This document shows positions 54,580 through 64,000 of a stretch of 64,000 nt of DNA, one piece after another. Where the stretch lies: positions 1,725,721 through 1,789,720 of the forward strand of contig OY759785.1 in the NCBI GenBank assembly GCA_963662605.1. Direction: 5' to 3'. The stretch comes from Ignavibacteriaceae bacterium (GTDB lineage: Bacteria > Bacteroidota > Ignavibacteria > Ignavibacteriales > Ignavibacteriaceae). Position 1 is the stretch's first letter. Each line of letters begins with the position of its first letter. The position numbers and the translations under genes were made by a program. The notes under the pieces were generated by a model. It was not told where the DNA came from and searched no databases. It saw only the letters and a list, made by a program, of their open reading frames with translations.

Positions 54580-56439
54580 ATGGGAAAAATTCAAATACTC
54601 CCTGATAATCTGGCTAATAAAATTGCTGCGGGTGAGGTCGTTCAACGCCCTGAATCCGTAGTAAAAGAACTATTAGAGAATTCCATTGATGCCAACTCTA
54701 CGGTTATTGAGCTATTCATTAAACGCGCAGGGAAGGGGCTGATTCAAGTAATTGATAATGGTGACGGCATGACCGAAGAAGATGCCGTCCTGAGCATTCA
54801 GAAGCACGCTACGAGCAAAATTTATTCGTATGAGGATCTGGAAGCCATTAAGACTTTGGGCTTTCGTGGTGAGGCTCTCAGTTCTATCGCCTCGGTAAGC
54901 CAGCTTGAAATCAAAACCGAAACAAAGAATGATGAATTCGGTACTATCCTGCGGGTTGAGGATGATAATTCCGTTCATATTGAAAAGGGTTCATTCCCTA
55001 AAGGGACATCGGTTCAGATAAAAAATCTTTTTTTTAATACTCCGGCAAGAAGAAACTTTCTTAAAACAGATACGACCGAACTCAAACACATTGTTGATAC
55101 ATTTAACAAAACAGCGCTCTCGCACCATGAAATTACGTTCAAACTTTTCATGGATGATGATCTGGTATTGGATTATGCAGCGGGCACTATTGACGATCGC
55201 CTTAAACAGGTGTTCGGTGAGCCGATATTCAATGCACTCGTATATATCGAAGAAAAAACGGAATTGATTTCAGCATATGGATATATCGGCAAGCCTTCGT
55301 TACTAAAGCGCAACAAGGGCGATCAGTATGTTTTCATAAACGGACGTTTTGTTCAGAGCAAGCAAATTAACCACGCGGTATTTACAGCTTATGAAAATAT
55401 TCTGGAAAAAGGAGATTATCCGTTCTTCGTTTTTTTTCTGGAACTTGATCCCGGAAAGATTGACATAAATGTTCATCCTTCGAAACTGGAAGTCCGTTTT
55501 GAAAATGAAAAAGATATTTATTCATTCATTCTTGCCGTTGTTAAAAAAGGTTTGTCATCCTACGACCTCGTTCCGAATTTAGCATTGAACGCGCCTTCGG
55601 ATGATTTTTCCGTTACTTCGTCATTCAAGCCAGGTGTGCCGGTCAATAGAAGTGATTTTAGTGATCGCCCATCGCCGCGGCCGATACCGCAAGTGAGGAT
55701 TTCCGAGAGGGAGATTGATGCCGTATTTAGTTCAGTCGAACAAAATATTGACAGGAAATCATCGCCGATGCCTGAAAACCTGCCGTTTGATTTCCCATCA
55801 CAAACCGGCCTTCCTCAAACTGCGACATCATTGGGGACAACCATTGATGCAAGCAACACTCCCCAACAGGATGCGTTTCTTGTGCAATTGCAAAACAGGT
55901 ACATCATCACGCCGATTAAATCTGGTTTGATGATTATTGATCAACATGTTGCCCATGAAAGAATTTTATACGAAAAAGCGCTGAGCCTTTTTGAATCCAA
56001 TATTCCGCTGTCACAGCAGCTTCTGTTCCCGAAAACCGTGCAGGTAAATCCGGGTGTATATCTTACGCTCAAAGAGTTGCTGCCGTATCTCACGAAACTG
56101 GGATTTGAACTCAAATTTTTCAGTAAAAATTCCGTAGTAATTGAAGGTGTGCCGCAGGAATTGACAACCGGTGAGGAAGAAAAAATCCTTATGGAGATTG
56201 TTGATGAATATATCTACAATCAGAAAGTCCGCAAAATTCTTGACGATAAAGACAATATCGCGAAATCATTCTCGTGCAGGAGCGCTATTAAATCAGGCAA
56301 TAAACTTACGGAAAAGGAAATGCGTCTTTTAATTGATAGTCTGTTTGCTACAAGTATGCCATATGTTTGCCCGCACGGCAGGCCGGTCGTGCTGAAGATT
56401 TCGATGGATGAGTTTGATAAACGTTTCGGCAGAACTTGA
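54580..56439 (+). CDS. mutL: DNA mismatch repair protein MutL
   Basis: IQILPDNLANKIAAGEVVQRPESVVKELLENSIDA, GFRGEALSSIASVS and the C-terminal dimerisation region CPHGRP. Confidence 0.95.
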   Translation: MGKIQILPDNLANKIAAGEVVQRPESVVKELLENSIDANSTVIELFIKRAGKGLIQVIDNGDGMTEEDAVLSIQKHATSKIYSYEDLEAIKTLGFRGEALSSIASVSQLEIKTETKNDEFGTILRVEDDNSVHIEKGSFPKGTSVQIKNLFFNTPARRNFLKTDTTELKHIVDTFNKTALSHHEITFKLFMDDDLVLDYAAGTIDDRLKQVFGEPIFNALVYIEEKTELISAYGYIGKPSLLKRNKGDQYVFINGRFVQSKQINHAVFTAYENILEKGDYPFFVFFLELDPGKIDINVHPSKLEVRFENEKDIYSFILAVVKKGLSSYDLVPNLALNAPSDDFSVTSSFKPGVPVNRSDFSDRPSPRPIPQVRISEREIDAVFSSVEQNIDRKSSPMPENLPFDFPSQTGLPQTATSLGTTIDASNTPQQDAFLVQLQNRYIITPIKSGLMIIDQHVAHERILYEKALSLFESNIPLSQQLLFPKTVQVNPGVYLTLKELLPYLTKLGFELKFFSKNSVVIEGVPQELTTGEEEKILMEIVDEYIYNQKVRKILDDKDNIAKSFSCRSAIKSGNKLTEKEMRLLIDSLFATSMPYVCPHGRPVVLKISMDEFDKRFGRT

Positions 56440-56484
56440 GCGGACGGAAATCATATAGCTTACTAAAGATGTATCAAAGAATGT

Positions 56485-57702
56485 ATGGATAGTATCATTT
56501 TAATTATACTCGTATTGTTAAGTGCTTTCTTCTCGGCATCCGAGACTGCTTTCGTTATGGTTAACAAGCTCAAGATAGAGATTAAAGCGCGGAAAAATGA
56601 TCTTTCGGCAAAGTACATCCTTTATTTTTTCAAACATCCGGAATCATTCTATTCCACTATACTTTTGAGTAACACAGTAGTTAACTTGACCTTCGCTTCC
56701 ATGAGCACCATCCTTTTGTATCAGAATTTTCATCTTGAAGAAATTGCCATCGTTGCCATATCAACATCCGTCATCTTGCTTTTCGGGGAGATAATTCCGA
56801 AGTCAATTTCCAGAGAGAACGCTGATGTTATCTGTATGCTTTCCATCATTCCGATCAGGTGGTTGAGTAAAATCCTTTTCCCGGTTATAAAAATTACATC
56901 TTATATTGCTCAGATTCTGACAGGTTCTAAAAAACTCAAAGAAGAAGCATATATGCGAAGTTATGACAGTGAGGATATTAAGGAGTTGATTAAGGAAAGC
57001 GAAAAGGAGGGCGGTGTTACCAAAAAAGAAAGCATCCTTATCGGCAAAGTACTTCAACTCAAAGATCAGCAGGTATATGAAGCGATGCGCCCGCGTATAG
57101 AAGTAATCGGTATCGAGATTACCGCAAGCATTGCTGAAGCCATGAACGTGTTTATCGAGTCGGGTTTTTCCGTGCTGCCGGTTTATGATGAAAATCTTGA
57201 CCACATCAAGGGTATTATTAAAGCACACGATCTTTTTGCGAATCCGACGAGTATCGGACAGATCATGCGGGAAGTCCCGTTTGTTCCGGAGGCAAGAAAA
57301 AGTATTGATATGCTGAATGACTTTCTTAATCAGAAAGTATCATTCGCCGTTGTGGTTGATGAGTTTGGCGGAACAGCCGGTATTGTTACGATGGAAGATA
57401 TTATGGAAGAACTCTTCGGCGAAATTAAAGACGAGTATGATATTGAGGAAGATATTTGCCGGAAAATTGATGAAACCACATTTATCATCAGCGGAAAAAT
57501 CGAAATTGATTACATCAACGAACATTTCGGTTTGAAAATTCCGGTAGGCGAATATGGAACAATTTCGGGGTTCATCACGGCACATATCGGAAGAATACCG
57601 GATAAAAATGAGGAAATAAAAATCCACCAATTTCAGTTTAATATTATCAGGGCGACAAATGTTAAAATTGAATTGGTAAAGATGCTCGTAAAAAAGGATT
57701 AG
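56485..57702 (+). CDS. CNNM/hemolysin-family protein (DUF21 + CBS pair + CorC_HlyC)
   Basis: N-terminal TM DUF21 (SASETAF), a CBS pair region and a C-terminal GGTAGIVTMEDIMEELFGEI...GEYGTISGF. Confidence 0.85.
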   Translation: MDSIILIILVLLSAFFSASETAFVMVNKLKIEIKARKNDLSAKYILYFFKHPESFYSTILLSNTVVNLTFASMSTILLYQNFHLEEIAIVAISTSVILLFGEIIPKSISRENADVICMLSIIPIRWLSKILFPVIKITSYIAQILTGSKKLKEEAYMRSYDSEDIKELIKESEKEGGVTKKESILIGKVLQLKDQQVYEAMRPRIEVIGIEITASIAEAMNVFIESGFSVLPVYDENLDHIKGIIKAHDLFANPTSIGQIMREVPFVPEARKSIDMLNDFLNQKVSFAVVVDEFGGTAGIVTMEDIMEELFGEIKDEYDIEEDICRKIDETTFIISGKIEIDYINEHFGLKIPVGEYGTISGFITAHIGRIPDKNEEIKIHQFQFNIIRATNVKIELVKMLVKKD

Positions 57703-58571
57703 GCTGTTTGTCTTCGTTCAAGGATATATGAGCGGAGTGAAATGGTTATCAGAATTACCACACCGCCTAATACCGCAAATGGTGTAGGCTGCTCTCCATA
57801 TCCGATAAATACCCAGATAGGATTTAGCACCGGTTCAATGATGGAAATCAAAGAAGCCTCTATCGCCTCCACTTTCTTTAATCCATAACTGAATAAGGCG
57901 TATGCTATTCCAATCTGTACGATTCCAAGAAAAGCGATCATGCCGATAGTGGACAGACTCAAAGTTGAAACTCTTGCTATGTGCGGCGAACAAAAGAGAA
58001 GAACAATAATATTACCCCAGAAAATAGCGGCCTCCTGATGATCGTCTTTAGTCTTTCTCATGCTCAGTAGAAACCCTGCAAAAGCGACTCCAGACAACAA
58101 AGCAAGAATATTCCCCAGCATATTACCCGCGGATACTTTTCCGACGAAAAATAATCCCATTCCGACGAATGTGATAATTATCGTCAGGACGTTAATTCGG
58201 CGCAGTTTGGTTTTTAGCAGGAGTGGTTCGAGTAACAAGACATAAATCGGTGCCGTGTACTGGAGAAATATCGCGTTGGCGGCAGTCGTCATTTTAGTCG
58301 CCAAAACAAAGAGTATAAGAATTCCCGAGTAACATATGCCGCTGATAAGAATCAGCGTGTTAAAATGAAAACATTTTTTACGGTATAAAGCAAAAAATGT
58401 GGCCGCTGCAAAGATACTCCGGATGCCGGATAATTGCAGTGCTTCAAGCGGTATAAGCTTAATAAGCAGTCCGCCGGTGCTCCAGAGAAGGGCAGCGACA
58501 ACGATTGCAAATAACCCTCTGCGGTGCTCGGGAATTTCAATTCTTGCTGCGGTCAATTTACCGGCTCGCAA
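57699..58571 (-). CDS. EamA/DMT family transporter
   Basis: Ten predicted TM helices with twin EamA-like halves (LLWSTGGLLIKL..., LLSGVAFAGFLL...). It overlaps the convergent CNNM gene by 4 nt. Confidence 0.8.
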   Translation of the reverse strand: MRAGKLTAARIEIPEHRRGLFAIVVAALLWSTGGLLIKLIPLEALQLSGIRSIFAAATFFALYRKKCFHFNTLILISGICYSGILILFVLATKMTTAANAIFLQYTAPIYVLLLEPLLLKTKLRRINVLTIIITFVGMGLFFVGKVSAGNMLGNILALLSGVAFAGFLLSMRKTKDDHQEAAIFWGNIIVLLFCSPHIARVSTLSLSTIGMIAFLGIVQIGIAYALFSYGLKKVEAIEASLISIIEPVLNPIWVFIGYGEQPTPFAVLGGVVILITISLRSYILERRQTA

Positions 58572-59689
58572 AATGTAACGTTGAAAATAATCACTTCCGA
58601 ATCACTGCCGATTCTTATGGGCGGACCCCAAGTCCCTGCACCGGAGGATACATAATATTTTGTGGTGCTTTTTTCTTTATATCCCCAGCTGACTTCATAT
58701 ACCATTTTCGTGATGAAGTTAAAAGGGAACATCTGTCCGTGATGCGTGTGTCCGGATAACTGTAAGGCGATACCTTCTTTTTCGGCTTCCTCTAAATGGA
58801 ACGGCTGGTGATCTAAAAGAATGACCGGCAGATTCTCACTTGCTTTTGCTCTTAGTTCAGAAAGCTGTTTTCTGGTTTTTCTACTGTCATCACGTCCAAT
58901 GATCTGAAAGAGATTAGGTATAGTAACGATACTGTCACTTAATACGTGAACATTGTTTTTCGTCAGAAACGAAAAGGTATCTTCTTTGCCTGTAATGTAT
59001 TCATGGTTACCGGGGCAGGTGTACATTCCAAGCGGAGCATAAAATTCATGGAATTTCTTATCCATACCTATCCGATGCAGCTGATTGGAACGGTCATCAA
59101 CAATATCACCGCCCATGAGAATAATATCGGGCTTTTCTTCTTGCGAAACCAGGATAACTTTATCTAAAACCCGTCCGTCATTGACCGGTGTTGCATGCAG
59201 ATCCGAGAAATACATGATCTTGACTGTTTTACCCGCGTTTACTGAGCTGGGAATGGAGAGGTTAATATACTTTGTTTTTATATTCTGCGCGTTGAAAAAC
59301 CCGTAGAGAATCAGACCGGCAACAAGAACTATCCACAAGGCAAATAAAACATTCGCCGGAATAACGGGCAGAGAATTGGTATTGTGGCTGAGATAACGGA
59401 CAATCCAGCGAGCAAACCGGTACAAATCTACTGCCACGAGAAAGAGCAGAGAGTATAACAGCACGGCAAACCACAATGATCCTATCCATAACACAATGTC
59501 GTAAAAAGTGTTGCTGTATTTCACTAAAAACATTTTTGCTGCTATATAGGCGACCGCGGCGGTAGCCATTGCAATGAGAATGTACATGCGGAATGGTTCA
59601 AGAGATGCCGGGAGAACGGCTAAGAAACGGCGGATGACATAATAATTGCCCCATCCGTAAATGGCGAAGAAAATGAGAAAAAACCACAT
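58553..59689 (-). CDS. Membrane-anchored metallophosphoesterase
   Basis: N-terminal TM helices followed by the calcineurin-like motifs YFSDLHA, GGDIVDD, GNHEY and GHTHHGQ. Confidence 0.8.
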   Translation of the reverse strand: MWFFLIFFAIYGWGNYYVIRRFLAVLPASLEPFRMYILIAMATAAVAYIAAKMFLVKYSNTFYDIVLWIGSLWFAVLLYSLLFLVAVDLYRFARWIVRYLSHNTNSLPVIPANVLFALWIVLVAGLILYGFFNAQNIKTKYINLSIPSSVNAGKTVKIMYFSDLHATPVNDGRVLDKVILVSQEEKPDIILMGGDIVDDRSNQLHRIGMDKKFHEFYAPLGMYTCPGNHEYITGKEDTFSFLTKNNVHVLSDSIVTIPNLFQIIGRDDSRKTRKQLSELRAKASENLPVILLDHQPFHLEEAEKEGIALQLSGHTHHGQMFPFNFITKMVYEVSWGYKEKSTTKYYVSSGAGTWGPPIRIGSDSEVIIFNVTFCEPVN

Positions 59690-59731
59690 AAAGAAAAACT
59701 AATCCGAATTATAAAACCCAAATATACGGAT

Positions 59732-59770
59732 AAAAAAGAAAAAGGCTGTCCCGCTTTCGGGGGACAGCCT
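59732..59770 (-). terminator. Rho-independent terminator downstream of the PEGA lipoprotein gene
   Basis: AGGCTGTCCC-GCTTTCGG-GGGACAGCCT. On the minus strand it is followed by TTTTTCTTTTTT. Confidence 0.8.
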
Positions 59771-59793
59771 TTGAAAAACTTCAAGAAAGCGAA

Positions 59794-60561
59794 TTAAAAT
59801 TCGTAGCTTCCTGATGTTGTGTTATATATCCAATAAAGCTCAACCCAATTCTTGCTTGTTGTACCGTCAACACCCTGATTGCTGAGGATTACTTTTGAGT
59901 AGTGGTTGTCATTATCATAAACAACAAAACTCTTGTGGGCGCTTAAACTTAACGTCTTTGACCAGCTTCCGCTGCCATAAGCAGTAACATTACCGATTTT
60001 CAAAGACGCATCACTTGAGGCAAGGAAATAGCTATCTCTGGTGAAGTTAGTCAATTTAACCGGTGAAGCAACAGAATCGCCCGCTGTAGAGGTACCGTCT
60101 AACAAATACAAATCAACATAACTGTCATTGGCGTTTGAACTGATACCATATGCAGTTCCGTTTCTCAGGCACAATCCACTCGGATGTGATGAAGATGGAT
60201 CTGATTTAACCCAGATACGAACTGGTCCGAAAATTGAATAAACGCTGCTTGTCATGGTTTTTGTTGCAAGCGTATCAATTTTGCTGGCTGTTGTTGTAAC
60301 ATTGATAGCCAGATCATTGTAATTTGTACTCTTCAAAGTAATTGTGTGTGCACCAGCCGACAAAGTGTCAATCAAAGCCGGTGTTGTATAGCTTGTTGAT
60401 TTACCGTCAACAACAATCGCAACTCCAGCAGGTATCGAAGTTACATATGCACCTTGCTTGGTTGTTTCAACAGGATTCGTTGTAGTGTCGTCACCGCATC
60501 CTACGGTAAACAAACTAACGAAGGTTAATAAGAATAAACTTAAAAGAATTTGCTTTTTCAT
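59794..60561 (-). CDS. PEGA-domain lipoprotein
   Basis: Lipobox FTVGC. The PEGA-like segment reads VTSIPAGVAIVVDGKSTSYTTPALIDTLSAGAHTITL. I prefer the start MKKQILL (60561) over 60576. Confidence 0.6.
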   Translation of the reverse strand: MKKQILLSLFLLTFVSLFTVGCGDDTTTNPVETTKQGAYVTSIPAGVAIVVDGKSTSYTTPALIDTLSAGAHTITLKSTNYNDLAINVTTTASKIDTLATKTMTSSVYSIFGPVRIWVKSDPSSSHPSGLCLRNGTAYGISSNANDSYVDLYLLDGTSTAGDSVASPVKLTNFTRDSYFLASSDASLKIGNVTAYGSGSWSKTLSLSAHKSFVVYDNDNHYSKVILSNQGVDGTTSKNWVELYWIYNTTSGSYEF

Positions 60562-60777
60562 TGAGTGTCCTTTCATTTATAGAATATGAGTCCTGATTTT
60601 CAAATTATACTAAAACGGAATTATTTAGCTCCACTGATTCTGAATTTGACAAACTTAATTTCAAATATACGAAATAAAAATTAACTTTACAGAAATTGCT
60701 TAAACCCATATGATAAATATCACGCGGATTTGCTGCCGTTTCTTGCTTTTTCACTCTTTTCGTGGCATATTTAAAGT

Positions 60778-61605
60778 ATGAATAAAGATTTTATCTTCTA
60801 TACGGTTGAACAGAACAAAATTCGGGCAACGGTGTATGGTTATAAGAACCTGCCTAAACAACCATTGCTGATTTTCGTTCATGGCTTCAAAGGATTTAAG
60901 GATTGGGGTTTTATCCCATATCTTGGTGAGTTCTTTGCTTATCACGGGTTTTGCGTTCTTACATTCAATTTTTCACATAACGGTATCGGTAAAAAAGCAG
61001 GTGAATTCACCGAGCTTGAAAAATTTGCCGATAATACGGTAAGCCTTGAACTAAGTGAATTAGAGCAGATCATTGAAGCATATCAGTTTGCCTACTTCGG
61101 GAGGCCTTCGGATAAAGGTATATATTTATTAGGTCATAGTCTCGGCGGCGGATTGGCAATTCTGGCTGCAAGTCAGATTGAAGAAGTGACCGGTATAATT
61201 ACATGGAATGCGGTTTCGCATTTTGACAGATATACCGAACACCAGAAGGAGGAATGGCGGAAGAAAGGTTCTCTGGATATAATAAACACCAGAACGAATC
61301 AGGTAATGCCGATGAACGTCTCATACCTTGACGATCTTGAAGAAAATGAAGATGTCCTCGACGTTGAGAAGGCTGTTCCACATATTCATAAACCTTTTCT
61401 TATTATTCATGGCGAGCAGGATCTGACCGTGCCGTTTAAGGAGGGGCAGCGTATACATGAACTGGCTGACGAAAATTTTGCCAAGTTCATTCCGGTTGAA
61501 GGCTCCGGACATACATTCGACTGTGTTCATCCTTTCGAGGGTGCCAATAAAAAGTTTGACGCGGCGGTAACCGCGACTCTGGAATTCTTGAAAAAACAAA
61601 AATAA
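60778..61605 (+). CDS. Alpha/beta hydrolase
   Basis: Nucleophile elbow GHSLGG, the Asp region HGEQDLTVP and the His region GSGHTF. Confidence 0.8.
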   Translation: MNKDFIFYTVEQNKIRATVYGYKNLPKQPLLIFVHGFKGFKDWGFIPYLGEFFAYHGFCVLTFNFSHNGIGKKAGEFTELEKFADNTVSLELSELEQIIEAYQFAYFGRPSDKGIYLLGHSLGGGLAILAASQIEEVTGIITWNAVSHFDRYTEHQKEEWRKKGSLDIINTRTNQVMPMNVSYLDDLEENEDVLDVEKAVPHIHKPFLIIHGEQDLTVPFKEGQRIHELADENFAKFIPVEGSGHTFDCVHPFEGANKKFDAAVTATLEFLKKQK

Positions 61606-61615
61606 AGAGGTCACA

Positions 61616-62182
61616 ATGGTAATTCCCCAATCAGTGAAAACAAGCAAGGTTTTCACTTATGTTTCGGAATATAAAATTCATTTTATCATATCATTTGCCG
61701 TACTTACGGCAATTTCAGCCCATGTATCAATTCCTGTTCAGCCTGTTCCTTTTACATTGCAAACATTAGTCGTGGTGCTTTCAGGCATGATACTCGGATC
61801 CCAAAAGGGAGCATATGCACAAATCTTATATTTAACATTAGGGTTAGTAGGACTCCCGGTTTTCGCCGTTAACGGAAATATGTTAACCGGTGCTATGCGT
61901 CTTGTCGGACCGACCGGCGGATATTTATTAGCATTCCCGATTGCAGCGTATGCAGCCGGAATGATCTATGAATACCGCAAATCATTCTTTTCTACTTTGT
62001 TTGCTTTTACCGCAGGTGAAGTGATTATCAACGTTTTCGGTATGTTGTTTCTGAATACCTTCTATGTCCACAATTTACAAAAGAGTGTTGTTATCGGAGT
62101 TTCAATTTTCTCCGTTTGGACATTGGCGAAAATCGTCATCGGTACAGGAATTGTAAGAGCATACACGCAGCACAAAAAGTAA
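61616..62182 (+). CDS. bioY: Biotin transporter BioY
   Basis: PVPFTLQTLVVVLSGMILGSQKGAYAQILYLTLGLVGLPVFA...GPTGGYLLAFP, a typical BioY pattern. Confidence 0.85.
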   Translation: MVIPQSVKTSKVFTYVSEYKIHFIISFAVLTAISAHVSIPVQPVPFTLQTLVVVLSGMILGSQKGAYAQILYLTLGLVGLPVFAVNGNMLTGAMRLVGPTGGYLLAFPIAAYAAGMIYEYRKSFFSTLFAFTAGEVIINVFGMLFLNTFYVHNLQKSVVIGVSIFSVWTLAKIVIGTGIVRAYTQHKK

Positions 62183-62204
62183 TCTTAGAAATTAAACGTT
62201 TGAA

Positions 62205-64000
62205 ATGAAAGCAATAGCCTGTACTATACTTCTTGTTACAGGATTATCCATCTTCTTTTTTAATTGTTACCGGGTTATTGCTTTCCTAAAACGTACCAGA
62301 CCGGAAAACCGCTTTTCAAACATACCTCAACGCCTTAAAAACGTCCTCGCTATTGCATTCGGCCAGAAGAAAATTTTGCAGCAGCCCATCGCCGGACTGA
62401 TTCACTTTTGTATTTTCTGGGGATTCATCTTCTTTTTACTTTCTATTTGCGAATCAATCGTTCAGGCATATTCGGAAAATTTCATTCTTGGCGGCGATTC
62501 AGTAATTGCCCGGATAGCTGCTAATGTTCAGGATGTCTTTGTTTTGTTCGTTGTAGCTGCTGTTATCGCTGCACTCTTACGTCGCTATATCCTGAGAATA
62601 CCACGTTTGCAGAAAACAAGATCGGGGCATACATATGAAGCTGCCATCATACTTTTAATGATTCTGGTGATTATGCTAACGTTGACCGGCCAGAGCCTGA
62701 CCAATCCGGCTGCATCATCGCATCATACGATTCTTATATCTCTGTTTGGAAAACAGGGGTGGGGGACAATGACTTATACGCATGAATTGTTCTGGTGGAC
62801 TCATCTTATAACAATATTTGTATTCCTCAATTATTTACCCTATTCAAAACATTTTCATATCGTTACCTCAATTCCTAATGTTTATTTTGCAAAGTTGGAA
62901 TCATCTGCACGTGAACTGAAAGTTGTTGATTTTGATAGCGAAGAACAAAGCTTCGGAGCCGCGGATGTCACCGATTTAACATGGAAGCAGGTGCTTGACG
63001 GATATTCGTGTACGGAATGCGGCAGGTGCGATGAAGTTTGTCCTGCTGTAGCTGCCGGAAAATCACTCTCGCCGCGAAAAATTATGATGGATATTCGCAG
63101 CCGGTCAATTGAATTGAGTACAGGTAAAGCTGAGAATAATTCGTTGTTGCATAATCTTATCACGGATAATGAGATTTGGGAATGCACAACCTGCAGATCA
63201 TGCCAGAACTCCTGTCCGGTTATGATTGAGCATTTGGATACGGTAATAGATTTGCGCAGAAATCTTGTTTTAACGGAATCTGTATTTCCTGTTGAATTAC
63301 AAAATATATTCAAAAATCTGGAAGTTAGTGGAAATCCTTGGGGATTTAGTTCATATGATAGGGCAAGATGGGCAGAAGGGATGCAGATTCCTTTAGTGGC
63401 CAATAATCCCAATCATGAATTTTTATTTTGGGTGGGTTGTACGGGGTCGTATGATTCACGTGCAATGAAAGTGACGAAAGCTTTTAGCGAAATAATGCAA
63501 GTCGGCGGAATTGATTTCGCAATTCTCGGCAGTGAAGAATCGTGCAATGGTGATATTGCTAAGAGAACAGGGAATGAATATTTGTCCCAGGAATTGATTT
63601 CAAAGAATTTACAGCTATTTAAAAAGTACGGAATTAATAAAATTATCACGACTTGTCCCCACTGTTTTAATTCATTAAAAACGGATTTTCATCAGTCCGG
63701 CGGTGACTTTGAGGTGCACTTTTATACCGAAATCCTCGAAAATCTTCTAAAAACGGCGAAAATTAAATTAAAAAAATCAAATAATCATTTGATTACATAT
63801 CATGATTCTTGTTATATTGGAAAGTATTATAATATTTTTGATGTACCGAGGAACATACTGACTTCAGTTCCGGGAGTAAAAATTGCGGAAATGAGTCATA
63901 ATAAGCATTCTGCAATGTGTTGTGGCGGTGGAGGTGGAATGATGTTTGTTGAAGATACAGAAGGCAGCAGAATTAATGCACTACGTTCAAAAGAAGCGAT
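62205..64000 (+). CDS. Membrane-anchored (Fe-S)-binding oxidoreductase with two 4Fe-4S ferredoxin motifs and CCG domains (HdrD/DsrK-like); 3'-partial, runs off the window
   Basis: My own translation from the ATG at 62205 is open to the window end. It has N-terminal TM helices, CTECGRCDEVCP and CTTCRSCQNSCP motifs, and CCG-type TCPHCF and CCGGGGG motifs. It is absent from the ORF track because no stop lies inside the window. Confidence 0.85.
   Translation, partial: MKAIACTILLVTGLSIFFFNCYRVIAFLKRTRPENRFSNIPQRLKNVLAIAFGQKKILQQPIAGLIHFCIFWGFIFFLLSICESIVQAYSENFILGGDSVIARIAANVQDVFVLFVVAAVIAALLRRYILRIPRLQKTRSGHTYEAAIILLMILVIMLTLTGQSLTNPAASSHHTILISLFGKQGWGTMTYTHELFWWTHLITIFVFLNYLPYSKHFHIVTSIPNVYFAKLESSARELKVVDFDSEEQSFGAADVTDLTWKQVLDGYSCTECGRCDEVCPAVAAGKSLSPRKIMMDIRSRSIELSTGKAENNSLLHNLITDNEIWECTTCRSCQNSCPVMIEHLDTVIDLRRNLVLTESVFPVELQNIFKNLEVSGNPWGFSSYDRARWAEGMQIPLVANNPNHEFLFWVGCTGSYDSRAMKVTKAFSEIMQVGGIDFAILGSEESCNGDIAKRTGNEYLSQELISKNLQLFKKYGINKIITTCPHCFNSLKTDFHQSGGDFEVHFYTEILENLLKTAKIKLKKSNNHLITYHDSCYIGKYYNIFDVPRNILTSVPGVKIAEMSHNKHSAMCCGGGGGMMFVEDTEGSRINALRSKEA

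Noticed and set aside
60625-60635. TTAGCTCCACT, an 11-nt match to the tRNA-Ala 3' end (possible distal att repeat delimiting a 15-kb island from 45.5 to 60.6 kb).
   Set aside because: My rough chance expectation is about 0.03 for one 11-mer on both strands of 64 kb, so the match is not overwhelming. The enclosed region carries core genes (thyA, folA, mutL, glxK) and no integrase or mobility genes. It is most likely coincidence.
62882-63649. Minus-strand ORFs 62882-63412 (176 aa) and 63413-63649 (78 aa).
   Set aside because: They lie entirely inside the plus-strand Fe-S/CCG oxidoreductase frame, which has unmistakable cysteine motifs. They are antisense shadows.

Overview
Gene-dense chromosomal window of about 50 CDS and roughly 40% GC by eye. 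It appears to come from an FCB-group bacterium. Five proteins end in Por/T9SS-type C-terminal sorting domains (NYPNPFNP...), and several genes have Shine-Dalgarno sites, so Ignavibacteriota/Bacteroidota-like is my inference and not a verified assignment. All product calls come from motifs recognised by eye, with no database search.

Layout:
- 1-18.9 kb: cell-envelope block. It holds a deacetylase-like gene, a Wzi-like OMP, a polyprenyl-P sugar transferase, a 996-aa beta-helix T9SS cargo and a 1807-aa C25 (gingipain/PorU-like) peptidase. These are followed by a Wzy_C/O-antigen-ligase-like gene, two GT-C-type membrane glycosyltransferases and a GT2.
- 19-32 kb: housekeeping genes. They include an ATP-cone nucleoside kinase, yqeY, cvpA, mutS2, a FadL-like OMP, a SPOR lipoprotein, a MutY-like glycosylase and a lipB / fused E1 alpha-beta / E2 / lipA operon.
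- 32.2-45.3 kb: same-strand block of secreted and outer-membrane proteins, with two CTD cargos, then a strong terminator, then a translationally coupled set. The coupled set is lipoprotein, TonB-dependent receptor, PorV/PorQ-like barrel, NHL propeller lipoprotein and a double-HKD PLD-family protein with a T9SS CTD.
- 45.4-45.95 kb: unusual tRNA-Ala locus. It holds one intact tRNA-Ala(GGC), one truncated 5' fragment and a near-identical 177/178-bp tandem duplication built from tRNA parts.
- 46-64 kb: housekeeping genes. They include a HExxH/TPR membrane protein, a CCA-enzyme-like HD protein with a degenerate head, a CDF transporter, a pseudo-receiver/GAF protein, glxK, thyA, folA, mutL, a CNNM-type protein, an EamA transporter, a metallophosphoesterase, a PEGA lipoprotein, an alpha/beta hydrolase and bioY. 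A membrane Fe-S/CCG oxidoreductase runs off the 3' end and is missing from the ORF track.

I saw no rRNA, CRISPR array, transposase, integrase or recognisable defence system.

The most unusual items are the tRNA-derived repeat array, the TBDR-PorV-NHL-PLD operon and the C25 peptidase plus glycosylation-gene block.
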